Of a stretch of DNA of 64,000 nucleotides, positions 37,426 through 46,935 are shown one piece after another. The stretch spans positions 10,257 to 74,256 of the forward strand of contig JBQTHU010000117.1 of the NCBI GenBank assembly GCA_052389535.1, written 5' to 3'. The position numbers and the translations under genes were made by a program. This DNA comes from Betaproteobacteria bacterium. GTDB lineage: Bacteria > Pseudomonadota > Gammaproteobacteria > Burkholderiales > SG8-41. Positions within the stretch are counted from its first letter, which is position 1. The number at the start of each line of letters is the position of its first letter. A model generated the notes under the pieces. It did no database searches. It saw nothing but the letters and a program-made list of their open reading frames with translations, and was not told where the DNA came from.

Positions 37426-37731
37426 ATGAATGGAATGCCCGGTCCGCCCCGGCACGGACCGCTTCGAGATCGCGAGGTGGCTCATCCGGGAATTCGGGCG
37501 GATGTCAATCTGGAGAACGTCGATGCCGAAAACGCCTACATCATCGAAAGCATGCGCGACCTTTTGCACCGCGCGGCCGATCACGCTTCCTTTGATGCTG
37601 CCGGGGAAAGCCGTTGCCCGCCGTGCCGCCCCCGGCGTGAGCTGTGCGGCTTGACCGGGCGGCTGGCGGGGGACAGAATGGGTTTCGACATACGCAAGGA
37701 GATCCGGCATGCAGACCGCAGGCCGCAGTGA
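37426..37731 (+). CDS. Possible small protein (101 aa) with CPPC-x7-C motif
   Basis: ATG with AAGGA 7 nt upstream. It overlaps the TauD start by 23 nt. Third-position GC is lower than in neighbouring genes (by eye) and I recognise no family. Confidence 0.3.
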   Translation: MNGMPGPPRHGPLRDREVAHPGIRADVNLENVDAENAYIIESMRDLLHRAADHASFDAAGESRCPPCRPRRELCGLTGRLAGDRMGFDIRKEIRHADRRPQ

Positions 37732-38680
37732 GGCGGCTTCTCTGACCAAAGCGAATACGGTCAACACGCTGGCCTCATTTCGCGTCATCCCCGCAGATGC
37801 GGCGCTCGGCGCAGAGATCAAGGGCGTCGATTTTTCCCTGCCGGTGCCGGAGGAGGTGCGCGCGGCGCTGCGCAAGGCATGGTCGGATCATCTGGTGCTG
37901 CTGTTCCGGGAGCAGGACATCAACGATCACCAGCTCATCGACGCCGCCGGCATATTCGGCCCGCCGCACGACTCCGCATCACGGAAATATCATCTCGGCG
38001 CCGGAAAGAAGGTCGACAACCGATTCATGATCTCGGAGCATCCGAGCGTCAGCATCATTTCGAATCTGGATGAGAGCGGAAACCCGGTCAAAGACAACGG
38101 CAGCCTTGGCAGCTACGAAGTGGTGTGGCACACCGACAACTCGTACGTCGCGGTCCCGCCTGCGGGGAGCATGCTCTACGCGCTCATCATCCCGGTGAAC
38201 GGCGGCGGGGACACTTCCTTCAACAACCAGTATCTGGCCTGCGACGAGTTGCCCGATGATCTCAAGCGCGTCGTAGAAGGCAAATCACAAGTGCACGACT
38301 CCAGCCGCAACAGCGCCGGCGTGCTGCGCCCGGGCGTGCGGCTGCCGACCCAGCCCGAGGAAGTCGAAGGTCCCACCCATCCTCTGGTGCGCGTACACCC
38401 GGACTCCAGAAAGCGCGCGCTCTACCTCGGCCGGCGGCGCGTGTGGCCTTCCAATTACATCGTCGGCATGGACAATGCGGAGAGCGAGGCCGTACTCGAT
38501 CGCCTGTGGGCGCATGCCACGCAGCCCAAGTACGCCTGGACGCACCGCTGGCGCGCAGGCGACATCGTGCTCTGGGACAACCGCTGCTGCATGCACTACC
38601 GCACGGAAGTCGATTCCAGCCAGGCGCGCGTCATGCATCGAACGACCATCAAGGGCGAGGTTCCCATCGCGCCGTGGTAG
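37709..38680 (+). CDS. TauD/TfdA-family Fe(II)/2-oxoglutarate dioxygenase
   Basis: SD AAGGAG. LGAEIKGVDFS, WHTDNSY (HxD facial triad) and WDNRCCMHY. Confidence 0.85.
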   Translation: MQTAGRSEAASLTKANTVNTLASFRVIPADAALGAEIKGVDFSLPVPEEVRAALRKAWSDHLVLLFREQDINDHQLIDAAGIFGPPHDSASRKYHLGAGKKVDNRFMISEHPSVSIISNLDESGNPVKDNGSLGSYEVVWHTDNSYVAVPPAGSMLYALIIPVNGGGDTSFNNQYLACDELPDDLKRVVEGKSQVHDSSRNSAGVLRPGVRLPTQPEEVEGPTHPLVRVHPDSRKRALYLGRRRVWPSNYIVGMDNAESEAVLDRLWAHATQPKYAWTHRWRAGDIVLWDNRCCMHYRTEVDSSQARVMHRTTIKGEVPIAPW

Positions 38681-38737
38681 CCGGCAACTTTCAGGTTTGG
38701 GGGAGCCCGGTCCAGCCCCTTGCTTGCCGGCTTTTTT
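38679..38737 (+). terminator. Candidate intrinsic terminator after the TauD gene
   Basis: A 9-bp outer stem (agccggcaa / ttgccggct) encloses a G4/C4 inner stem and is followed by TTTTTT (38732-38737). Confidence 0.45.
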
Positions 38738-38848
38738 GCGGCGGTTGTGGACTTTTTGTCAGCACAGGGCCGCGCCAAACCGTTACAATCTCCTGTAACC
38801 ACAATGATAATTAACCTATAAGAACCTGCGCGAGCGAGGTCGCCTGCC

Positions 38849-39751
38849 ATGCCCATGCACGAGAAGATTGCTCGATATTTTGAAGGCAAGGAGCAGTTCT
38901 ATCCTGCGGCCCTGGAGGCCAGGTATGTCCGGATTTTCAACCGGATCATGGACTTATGGGGCCTGCAGGAGCTCGAGGATTATTTTGCAGAGCTGATGGT
39001 GGACAAGCGCGGCGGACGGCAGGGATTCCCCCCCGACGTGCTGAACGACATCCTCACACTGTCGCGGGTACACGGCCGGATTCTGGAGCTGACGGCGCCG
39101 AAGGCGCAGGAAGACGAAGATCCGTGGGCCAGCGACGTCGCGCGCCGCTCGCTGCAGGCCGAGCAGATCGAGTTCAACATCAAGGGCTTTGGGCGTGCCA
39201 TCGAGGTGGGCAATGAGCGTGCAGTCAAGATTTTTCTGAAGGCTGGCGTAAAGGCGAACGAGAAAGACTCGAGCGGATCCACGCCCCTGTTGAGAGCGGC
39301 TTCCTTGAACAGGACTTCAGTGGCCGCCGTGCTGATCGACGCCAAAGCGGACATCAATGTGCATGATATGCAGGGCTTCACGCCATTGCACTGGGCGGCA
39401 TTCAAAGGCTTTCCGGAGATGACGAAGCTGCTGGTCGAACGCGGCGCCGATGTCAACGCGAAAAGCAACATGGGGCTGACGCCGGTCATGCAGGCGACGA
39501 TGTGGGGGCATGACCGCATCGTGGCCTATCTGCTGTCGAAAGGTGCGCGCCCGAACGAAACCGACAGCGAAGGATTGACTGCCCTGCACAACGCCGTGTC
39601 GGATGGGCACGCCAAGGTGGTGAAGGCGCTGATGGCGGCGGGCGCGGATCCCAACCTGAAATCGGCGAAAGGCCTGACCGCGGCGGCGCTCGCACAGAAG
39701 AAAAACAACCCGGAAGTTTTGGCTGCGCTCGCGGCGACTCCCGCCGCCTGA
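38849..39751 (+). CDS. Ankyrin-repeat protein with an uncharacterised ~100-aa N-terminal domain
   Basis: About 5 ANK repeats (GSTPLLRAA, GFTPLHWAA, GLTPVMQAT, GLTALHNAV, GLTAAALA). The N-terminus contains LMVDKRGGRQGFPPDVLNDIL. An AT-rich leader lies upstream. Confidence 0.8.
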   Translation: MPMHEKIARYFEGKEQFYPAALEARYVRIFNRIMDLWGLQELEDYFAELMVDKRGGRQGFPPDVLNDILTLSRVHGRILELTAPKAQEDEDPWASDVARRSLQAEQIEFNIKGFGRAIEVGNERAVKIFLKAGVKANEKDSSGSTPLLRAASLNRTSVAAVLIDAKADINVHDMQGFTPLHWAAFKGFPEMTKLLVERGADVNAKSNMGLTPVMQATMWGHDRIVAYLLSKGARPNETDSEGLTALHNAVSDGHAKVVKALMAAGADPNLKSAKGLTAAALAQKKNNPEVLAALAATPAA

Positions 39752-39815
39752 GCTGCAACCGACGTTTTGCAGTACCGCAGCGTCGCCGGGACGCGGACGC
39801 CGCGTGCGTACTCAG

Positions 39816-40139
39816 TCACTTCTCCAGCAGATGTTCCTTCTTCTTGATTTTTGCCCACTCATCCGCGTCCGCCGGCGCCTCCTTCTTCTCGATGATCGGC
39901 TTCCAAGCCTTGGCGAGTTCGGCATTGATCCCGGTCCAGTGGCGCTGGTCGTCCGGCACGTCGTCCTCCGCGAATATCGCCTCCACCGGGCACTCCGCCA
40001 CGCACAAGGTGCAGTCGATGCACTCGTCCGGGTCTATCACCAGCATGTTCGGGCCCTCGCGGAAGCAATCGACCGGGCATACATCAACGCAATCGGTATA
40101 CTTGCATTTGATGCAGGTCTCGGTGACAACGTAAGTCAT
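39816..40139 (-). CDS. fdxA: 7Fe ferredoxin (3Fe-4S + 4Fe-4S)
   Basis: [26 protein letters not shown]...[12 protein letters not shown], the Azotobacter-type ferredoxin I pattern. Confidence 0.95.
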   Translation of the reverse strand: MTYVVTETCIKCKYTDCVDVCPVDCFREGPNMLVIDPDECIDCTLCVAECPVEAIFAEDDVPDDQRHWTGINAELAKAWKPIIEKKEAPADADEWAKIKKKEHLLEK

Positions 40140-40326
40140 AGTATTCCTTTGAAAATAGGGCCTTGAAAGGACTGAAAAGGGCTTATTTTAACAGAGCGAT
40201 GCCGGCATCTTCCACGAGCCGGAACGGCTTCCTTCCCAACGCAGCCAGATTTCGCTAGCATTAGAAGGCTTTCCGACTGCCACCCTTCGCGTGGCGCTTC
40301 CCTTCCCAATCGTTTCAGGGCCTGTC

Positions 40327-40653
40327 ATGAGCGAGCACATCCATTACGTCACCGACGACACCTTCGAGCCTGAAGTACTGCATTCGCCAACCCCGGTGCT
40401 CGTGGACTATTGGGCCGAATGGTGCGGCCCGTGCAAGATGATCGCGCCGATACTGGACGAGGTGGCGAAGGAGTATTCCGGAAGGCTCAAAGTCGCGAAG
40501 CTCAACATCGACGAGAACCAGTCCACGCCGCCGAAGTACGGCATACGCGGCATCCCGACCCTGATGCTTTTCAAGAACGGTTCCGTGGAAGCGACCAAGG
40601 TCGGCGCGCTTTCCAAATCCCAGTTGACCGCATTTATTGACAGTCATATTTAA
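40327..40653 (+). CDS. trxA: Thioredoxin
   Basis: [13 protein letters not shown] active site. 108 aa from the internal ATG 40327. Confidence 0.95.
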   Translation: MSEHIHYVTDDTFEPEVLHSPTPVLVDYWAEWCGPCKMIAPILDEVAKEYSGRLKVAKLNIDENQSTPPKYGIRGIPTLMLFKNGSVEATKVGALSKSQLTAFIDSHI

Positions 40654-40779
40654 ACCCTATACGCTTTTTCCCCGGCGCCTGCAGAAGAAGGCCGCCCCAG
40701 ACAGTAGAAAAACGGGCGGTGCAGGTGCGGGTGCAGTCCCCGCGGTTTTCGTCCCCCTCTCAATGTAGCGCTCCCGTAT

Positions 40780-42039
40780 ATGCACCTATCCGATCTCAAG
40801 AATCTACACGTCGGCGAGCTCGTCGACATGGCCGTCAAGAACGAAGTCGACGGCGCCAACCGCATGCGCAAGCAGGAGCTGATCTTCGCGCTGCTCAAGC
40901 ACCAGGCAAAAAAGGGGGAAAGCATATACGGGGGAGGCACGCTGGAAGTATTACCGGACGGATTCGGCTTCCTCCGCTCTCCGGACACCTCCTATCTCGC
41001 CGGCACGGATGACATCTACGTCTCGCCCAGCCAGATAAGGCGCTTCAACCTCCATACGGGTGACACGATAGAGGGCGAGATCCGCACGCCGAAGGACGGC
41101 GAACGATACTTCGCGCTGGTGAAGGTGGACAAGGTCAACGCCGAGCCGCCGGAGAACTCCAAACACAAGATCCTCTTCGAGAATCTCACGCCGCTCTTTC
41201 CGACGGATCATCTCAAGCTCGAGCGCGATATCAAGGCCGAGGAAAACATCACCGGCCGCATCATCGACATCATCGCCCCGATCGGCAAGGGGCAGCGCGG
41301 CCTCATCGTCTCGCCGCCCAAGGCGGGCAAGACCGTCATGCTGCAGCACATAGCCCACTCCATCACCACCAATCACCCGGAAGTGATGGTGATCGTGCTG
41401 CTCATCGACGAGCGGCCGGAGGAAGTGACCGAGATGCAGCGCTCGGTCAAGGGCGAAGTCGTGTCCTCGACCTTCGACGAGCCGGCGAGCCGCCACGTGC
41501 AGGTCGCCGAGATGGTGATCGAAAAGGCGAAGCGGCTGGTCGAGCACAAGAAAGACGTGGTGATCCTGCTCGATTCCATCACCCGGCTCGCGCGCGCCTA
41601 CAACACCGTCGTGCCGGCTTCCGGCAAGGTGCTGACCGGCGGCGTGGACGCGAACGCCCTGCAGCGCCCGAAACGCTTTTTCGGCGCCGCCCGGAACATC
41701 GAGGAAGGCGGCTCGCTCACCATCATCGCCACCGCGCTCATCGACACCGGCAGCCGCATGGACGACGTGATCTACGAGGAATTCAAGGGCACCGGCAACA
41801 TGGAGATTCACCTCGACCGGCGCATGCACGAGAAGCGCATCTATCCCGCGATCAACGTCAACCGCTCCGGGACGCGGCGGGAGGAACTTTTGATCAAGCA
41901 GGATATTCTTCAGAAGATCTGGGTCCTGCGCAAACTGCTCTACCCCATGGACGAGCTGGAAGCGGCCGAGTTTCTCATCGACAAGGTGCGGGTGACGAAG
42001 AACAACGCCGATTTCTTCGATTCCATGAGGCGCGGCTAG
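40780..42039 (+). CDS. rho: Transcription termination factor Rho
   Basis: MHLSDLKN..., the RNA-binding domain, PKAGKT Walker A and [16 protein letters not shown]. Confidence 0.97.
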   Translation: MHLSDLKNLHVGELVDMAVKNEVDGANRMRKQELIFALLKHQAKKGESIYGGGTLEVLPDGFGFLRSPDTSYLAGTDDIYVSPSQIRRFNLHTGDTIEGEIRTPKDGERYFALVKVDKVNAEPPENSKHKILFENLTPLFPTDHLKLERDIKAEENITGRIIDIIAPIGKGQRGLIVSPPKAGKTVMLQHIAHSITTNHPEVMVIVLLIDERPEEVTEMQRSVKGEVVSSTFDEPASRHVQVAEMVIEKAKRLVEHKKDVVILLDSITRLARAYNTVVPASGKVLTGGVDANALQRPKRFFGAARNIEEGGSLTIIATALIDTGSRMDDVIYEEFKGTGNMEIHLDRRMHEKRIYPAINVNRSGTRREELLIKQDILQKIWVLRKLLYPMDELEAAEFLIDKVRVTKNNADFFDSMRRG

Positions 42040-42129
42040 GAGCGCGCGTGCCCGCTTAGACGCGTTTCAAGGGAGGCTCTCCTGAGACTCCGGCTGCTGT
42101 TTCTACTGCGCTTTGCCGCCCTGGCCGCG

Positions 42130-42531
42130 ATGTTGGGCGCCGCAGCCTGCACGCCGCTGCCGCCCAGCCCCGCGGACCTCCAGGCCAAACGCTTTGAGCC
42201 GTTGTCCGACAAGGGCGTCATTTATCTGTTCCGCAATCATCCCGATTTCTGGGATGACGGCGCCACCATCATGGTGAACGGCGACATGCAGGGCACGACT
42301 TATCCCGGCATGTACATGCGGTTCGAGCTCGAGCCGGGCATTCACCGCATCACGGGTTTTGCGGGGGACGCGGGCGCGATAAGCGTCGACGCGCGACCCG
42401 GTGAAATTCGCTTCGTGGAGCAGACCGTAATGCGGCCGTTCATCGGCCCGGCGCGGTCGTATTTTCGCCTGGTGGATCCGAACTACGGCCGGCACGCCGT
42501 CCTGCGGCACGAGCTGGTCGGTTCGCGCTGA
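42130..42531 (+). CDS. DUF2846-like lipoprotein (family name from memory)
   Basis: Paralog of the next gene (IYLFRN...MVNGDMQGTTYPGMYMRFELEPGIHRI). The in-frame upstream sequence LRLRLLFLLRFAALAAMLGAAAC reads as a lipoprotein signal. The true start may therefore be CTG 42082, which has GGGAGG 5 nt upstream. Confidence 0.65.
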   Translation: MLGAAACTPLPPSPADLQAKRFEPLSDKGVIYLFRNHPDFWDDGATIMVNGDMQGTTYPGMYMRFELEPGIHRITGFAGDAGAISVDARPGEIRFVEQTVMRPFIGPARSYFRLVDPNYGRHAVLRHELVGSR

Positions 42532-42555
42532 CGTCGCGATGAACGGGATCGCGCG

Positions 42556-43011
42556 ATGCGGATAACGCGAGCCGCGCTATCGGCGGTGTTTTGCCTGCTC
42601 ATCGCGGCATGCGCCTCCACGCCGCAGGCTTCGGTCGAGCGCGATGCGCAGGCCAAGGAATTCAACGCCCATCCCGGAACCGCGGCGCTTTACATCTATC
42701 GCACCGACAACCATTACGACGAAGAATCCGTTTTGTACATCGATGGCCGGCTCATCGGTTCGACGCTCCCGGGCACCTACTTCCGCGTCGAGTTGCGCCC
42801 CGGCAAGCACAAGCTGCACGGCATAGGCGCGGACGCCGGCGGCCTCACGATCGAGGGCCGTCCCGGTGAAATCCTGTTCGTATCGCTGCAGGTCTCGGGC
42901 GGCAACTCGCACTTCGAGCGGGCAAGCGAGGCGGCCGGCCGCCAGACGATAGAGGCCTGCTGCGCGCTGCTCGAGAACTGGGCGCCCGGGCAGCGACCCT
43001 TGCTTCGCTAG
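42556..43011 (+). CDS. DUF2846-like lipoprotein (paralog)
   Basis: Lipobox LLIAAC, then LYIYRTD...[27 protein letters not shown]. Confidence 0.75.
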   Translation: MRITRAALSAVFCLLIAACASTPQASVERDAQAKEFNAHPGTAALYIYRTDNHYDEESVLYIDGRLIGSTLPGTYFRVELRPGKHKLHGIGADAGGLTIEGRPGEILFVSLQVSGGNSHFERASEAAGRQTIEACCALLENWAPGQRPLLR

Positions 43012-43079
43012 TCGAATTCGCCCATAATCCGCCGCTTTCCCGACGGCCGACCCGGCCGCGATCCGGCAAGGCAACCGCA

Positions 43080-43307
43080 ATGAAGGCGAAAATTCATCCT
43101 GAATACAGTGAAGTAACGATCACATGCAGTTGCGGGAACTCGTGGGCTACGCGCTCCACGCTGAGCCGCGATCAGCTGCACGTCGAAGTGTGCTCTGCGT
43201 GCCACCCGTTCTATACCGGCAAGCAGAAGATCGTCGATACGGCGGGTCGCGTCGAGAAATTCCGCCAGAAATACGCACGCAAGGCGACGCCCAAGGCGAC
43301 GGCCTGA
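43080..43307 (+). CDS. rpmE: 50S ribosomal protein L31 (Cys-containing type)
   Basis: MKAKIHPEY...CSCG...[13 protein letters not shown]. Confidence 0.95.
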   Translation: MKAKIHPEYSEVTITCSCGNSWATRSTLSRDQLHVEVCSACHPFYTGKQKIVDTAGRVEKFRQKYARKATPKATA

Positions 43308-43364
43308 AAAACGGGAACGAAATCCCCAAGTAAAAGCGGGAACGGATTCCCCCAAAGTACTTCT

Positions 43365-44963
43365 TTAGTAGGCGGCGACGACCCCGTCGCTGCGCGGGTC
43401 GGCGCCGCCTTCCAGTACGCCGTTCGGATGGCGCACGATCGCGCCGGCGTGCCCCATCAGCTCATCGTAATCCTGCAGGACTTCTATCTCGTGGCCGAGC
43501 TTCCCCAGCGCCATGAGCACCGCCCCGGGAAAGCGCGCCTCCACCTTCAGCGTGTCGCTGGTCTGACCCCAGGTTCGACCGAGCAGCCAGCGCGGCGCGC
43601 TCACGGCGGCCTGTGGATTCAGCCCGAAATGGGCGATCCGGGTGAACACCGCGCTCTGCGTCTGCGGCTGGCCGTCGCCGCCCATCGTGCCGTAGATCAT
43701 CGTGCGTCCGTCGTTGCAGAGCGCGAGCGCCGTGTTGAGCGTGTGAAATGGCTTGCGCCCGGGCTGCACGAAATTGAGGGCTTGCGGATCAAGCGAGAAA
43801 CTGCAGCCCCGGTTCTGCCACATGATGCCGCTCTCTTCGAGCACGACGCCCGAACCGAACTCGTGATAGACGCTCTGGATGACGCTTACCGCGCGCCCCG
43901 CATCATCGACCACGCCCAACCAGACGGTATCCGAGGGCGCCTGACCGCCGTCCCATGGCGCGGCTTTTTTCAGATCGACCTTGGATGCGAGCTGGCGGAT
44001 GCGTTCGGGCACAAGCAGGTTCTGCGCATCGACCGTCATGTACTCGGGATCAGTGACATGGCGGTCGCGGATTGCGAACGCCCGTTTCGTTGCCTCGACG
44101 CTGAGGTGCACGAATTCCGGGCTCGCAGCGCCGGTTCCCTCGACGCGCAGCACATCGAGCATGCCCAGAATGAGGAGCGAGACGATGCCCTGGGTGGGCG
44201 GCGGCATGTTGTAGATCGTGGCGAGCGAATGGCGCAGCTCGAGCGGCGCGACTGCGAGCGCCCGGTGATCTGCGAGGTCGTCGATCGTAAGTGGGCTGCC
44301 CGCTCGCGCGAGATCGCGCGCCATCGATTTCGCGAGGCGCCCGCGGTAGAAACCGGCGAGCCCGCCGCGTGCGAGCCGGCGCAGCGTCTCGGCGAGGCGC
44401 GGTTGCGTGAACAGCGCGCCGTCCGCCGGCACTTTTCCTCCGGGCAGAAACGCTGCCGCGAAACCCGGATGAGGCGTGAGTTCTTCCCGCCGGGTCTCGG
44501 TTGCGACGGCTTGGCTGCGAGTAACGGCGATGCCGTGCTCCGCATAGTGGATCGCATCGGCCAGCAGGCGCTTGAGTGGCAGGCGGCCGCTCCATTTGCG
44601 CGACAGCTTGAACGCCATATCCCAACCGGAGACCGTGCCGGCCACGGTATTCGACGCGACTCCGCCGCGGAACGGAATGCCATCCTTGATCCCGCGTTCC
44701 GCATACCACTCGGGCGTGACGCCGGCGCCGGCAGCGCCGCACGCTTCGATGCCGCGGGGCTTGCGTCCCGGCACGTGCACCAGCCAGAACGAGTCTCCGC
44801 CAAGCCCGTTCATGTGCGGATAGACGACGGCTACGGTGGCAGCCGCAGCGATGGCCGCCTCCAGCGCGTTGCCGCCTTCGCGCAGTATGCTGAGCGCGGA
44901 TTGCGCAGCGGCGGAATGAGGCGCCACGGCGATGCCGCGCGTTCCTCTTATGGCATGAGTCAT
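43365..44963 (-). CDS. Gamma-glutamyltransferase family protein
   Basis: The N-terminal GIAVAPHSAAAQSALSILREGGNALEAAIAAA...NGLGGD and overall Ntn-hydrolase GGT layout. Confidence 0.85.
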   Translation of the reverse strand: MTHAIRGTRGIAVAPHSAAAQSALSILREGGNALEAAIAAAATVAVVYPHMNGLGGDSFWLVHVPGRKPRGIEACGAAGAGVTPEWYAERGIKDGIPFRGGVASNTVAGTVSGWDMAFKLSRKWSGRLPLKRLLADAIHYAEHGIAVTRSQAVATETRREELTPHPGFAAAFLPGGKVPADGALFTQPRLAETLRRLARGGLAGFYRGRLAKSMARDLARAGSPLTIDDLADHRALAVAPLELRHSLATIYNMPPPTQGIVSLLILGMLDVLRVEGTGAASPEFVHLSVEATKRAFAIRDRHVTDPEYMTVDAQNLLVPERIRQLASKVDLKKAAPWDGGQAPSDTVWLGVVDDAGRAVSVIQSVYHEFGSGVVLEESGIMWQNRGCSFSLDPQALNFVQPGRKPFHTLNTALALCNDGRTMIYGTMGGDGQPQTQSAVFTRIAHFGLNPQAAVSAPRWLLGRTWGQTSDTLKVEARFPGAVLMALGKLGHEIEVLQDYDELMGHAGAIVRHPNGVLEGGADPRSDGVVAAY

Positions 44964-45085
44964 GTGGTTCTATCGGGCGAGGAAATTTCGATTCTACGCG
45001 AGGTGCGACGGCTTCGCGGCGTGGGGCGGCGAATCAAGGGCGCGCCCACGACTACCCAACCGCATCGCTCACCGAATGAACCGCG

Positions 45086-46411
45086 TCACCAGCCGATGAC
45101 TTTGGGCAGCCAAAGCGCAATCTGCGGAAAGAAAAAGACCAGAACGACCGTGAGAATCTGCATCGCCACGAACGGAATGATGCCTACATACATGTGGCGT
45201 GTGGTCACCTGCGGCGGCGCAACGCCACGTAGGAAGAAGAGCGCCCAGCCGAAGGGCGGTGTCAGGAACGACGTCTGCAGGATGACGCAGATCAGCATCC
45301 CCAGCCATACCAGATCGACGTTTTGCGAAACGAACACCGGCAGGAACAGCGGTACGGCGATATAGCTGATTTCTATCCACTCGATGAAAAACCCCAGCAC
45401 GAAGATGAGCAGGATCAGGAACCAGATATCGGCGTTGACCCCGCCCGGGAGGAACTCGAACAGCGCGCTGATGAGGTCTTCGCCGTGGAGCCCGCGAAAC
45501 GCCAGCGAGAAGACCTGCGCACAGATGAGGATGAACATCACCATCGCGGTAATCTTCGTCGTCGCCTGCATGGTTTCGATGAGCACGCGCAGCGACATGC
45601 GCATGGCGCTCGCGGTGACGAGTATGGACCCGAGCGCGCCCATGGAAGCGGCCTCGGTCGGCGCCGCGACGCCGGCGATGATGGAACCCAGTACCGACAG
45701 CACAAGCGCGAGCGGCGGCAGCACCACCTTGAAGAACTGGAGCCACAGCTCGCCGCGCGGCATGGCGTCCCGCTCCTCCTTCGGCACGGGCGGCACCATC
45801 TGCGGGCGCACCATGCCCAGTATGACGATGTAGATGCAATAGATCGCCGCGAGCAGCAGACCCGGCATCACCGCGGCGGCGAATAGCGTGCCGACGGAAA
45901 GCTGCAGGATGTCCGAAAGCAGAATGAGGATCAGGCTCGGCGGAATGATCTGTCCGAGCGTTCCTGACGCGCAAATGGCGCCGCACGCGACACCCGGCTC
46001 GTAGCCGCGCCGCAAGAGCGTCGGCAGTGTGAGCAGCCCGAGCGTGATGACGGTCGCGCCGACGATGCCGGTCGTCGCGCCCATCAGCACGCCGACACCG
46101 ATGATGCCGAGCGCCATCCCGCCGCGCAGCCCCCCGGCAAGATGGCCGACGACGTCGAGCAGATCCTCCGCCAAACGCGATTTCTCCAGCATGACGCCCA
46201 TGAAGACGAAAAGCGGAATCGCGAGCCACTGGTAGTTCGCTACGACGCCATAGATACGCGCGGGAAGCAGATTGAAGAGCCCGGTGCCGAAACCCATCAC
46301 GCCAAACACGAAACCGGTGGTTGCCAGAGTGAGCGCGACCGGCACGCCCGCCATCAGCAGCCCGAAGAACGCGACCAGCATGAGCACCGCGAGGATCTCG
46401 GTGCCGCTCAC
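45086..46411 (-). CDS. TRAP transporter large permease (DctM family)
   Basis: 441-aa polytopic protein with DctM-like sequence. It overlaps the upstream DctQ gene by 4 nt. Confidence 0.9.
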   Translation of the reverse strand: MSGTEILAVLMLVAFFGLLMAGVPVALTLATTGFVFGVMGFGTGLFNLLPARIYGVVANYQWLAIPLFVFMGVMLEKSRLAEDLLDVVGHLAGGLRGGMALGIIGVGVLMGATTGIVGATVITLGLLTLPTLLRRGYEPGVACGAICASGTLGQIIPPSLILILLSDILQLSVGTLFAAAVMPGLLLAAIYCIYIVILGMVRPQMVPPVPKEERDAMPRGELWLQFFKVVLPPLALVLSVLGSIIAGVAAPTEAASMGALGSILVTASAMRMSLRVLIETMQATTKITAMVMFILICAQVFSLAFRGLHGEDLISALFEFLPGGVNADIWFLILLIFVLGFFIEWIEISYIAVPLFLPVFVSQNVDLVWLGMLICVILQTSFLTPPFGWALFFLRGVAPPQVTTRHMYVGIIPFVAMQILTVVLVFFFPQIALWLPKVIGW

Positions 46412-46935
46412 TTTCCGCTCCGCCGGAATTTTTCAAGACTGCCCAGTGCAGAGGCGACGCTCTGCGCCAGCAGCAATGCGAAGCCGATGGGGATCAGCGA
46501 CTTGATGAGATAGCGATGAGGAATGCCGCCCGGGTCGGGCGAGCCTTCGTCGATTACGTACGCCTGCTGTACGTAATGCAACGAAAACCAGATGACGAGC
46601 ACCGAAAGTGCGGCACACAGCAGCGCCGAAATGAAATCGACGATGTGCTTGGTGCGATCACTAAACTTGCCGTAGACAATGTCTACCCGGACGTGCTCGC
46701 CGTGGCGCATCGCATACGACATGCCGAAGAGAATGAGTGGCACGAGCAGGTGCCACTCCAGTTCCTGCGCCCATACCGTTCCGACGCTGAAGAGATAGCG
46801 CAGAATCACGTTCGTCGCCATGACGACGACGATGACCAGCGCAACCCATGAGGTCCATTCGCCGATCACATCGACGAGACGCTCGATGCCGCCGCGCAGG
46901 CCGCGCTGCGGTTCCTGCTGGCCCTCCTCAGGCAC
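46408..46935 (-). CDS. TRAP transporter small permease (DctQ family)
   Basis: A 4-TM protein of about 175 aa sitting between the DctP and DctM genes, with overlapping junctions on both sides. Confidence 0.85.
   Translation of the reverse strand: MPEEGQQEPQRGLRGGIERLVDVIGEWTSWVALVIVVVMATNVILRYLFSVGTVWAQELEWHLLVPLILFGMSYAMRHGEHVRVDIVYGKFSDRTKHIVDFISALLCAALSVLVIWFSLHYVQQAYVIDEGSPDPGGIPHRYLIKSLIPIGFALLLAQSVASALGSLEKFRRSGK

Noticed and set aside
43428-45365. 645-aa plus-strand ORF. The same reasoning applies to 52103-53776 (-), 9295-10908 (+), 58581-59783 (+), 28893-29924 (-), 30920-32323 (-) and 48190-49419 (-).
   Set aside because: All are antisense to genes with strong family signatures and have Arg-rich, motif-free translations.
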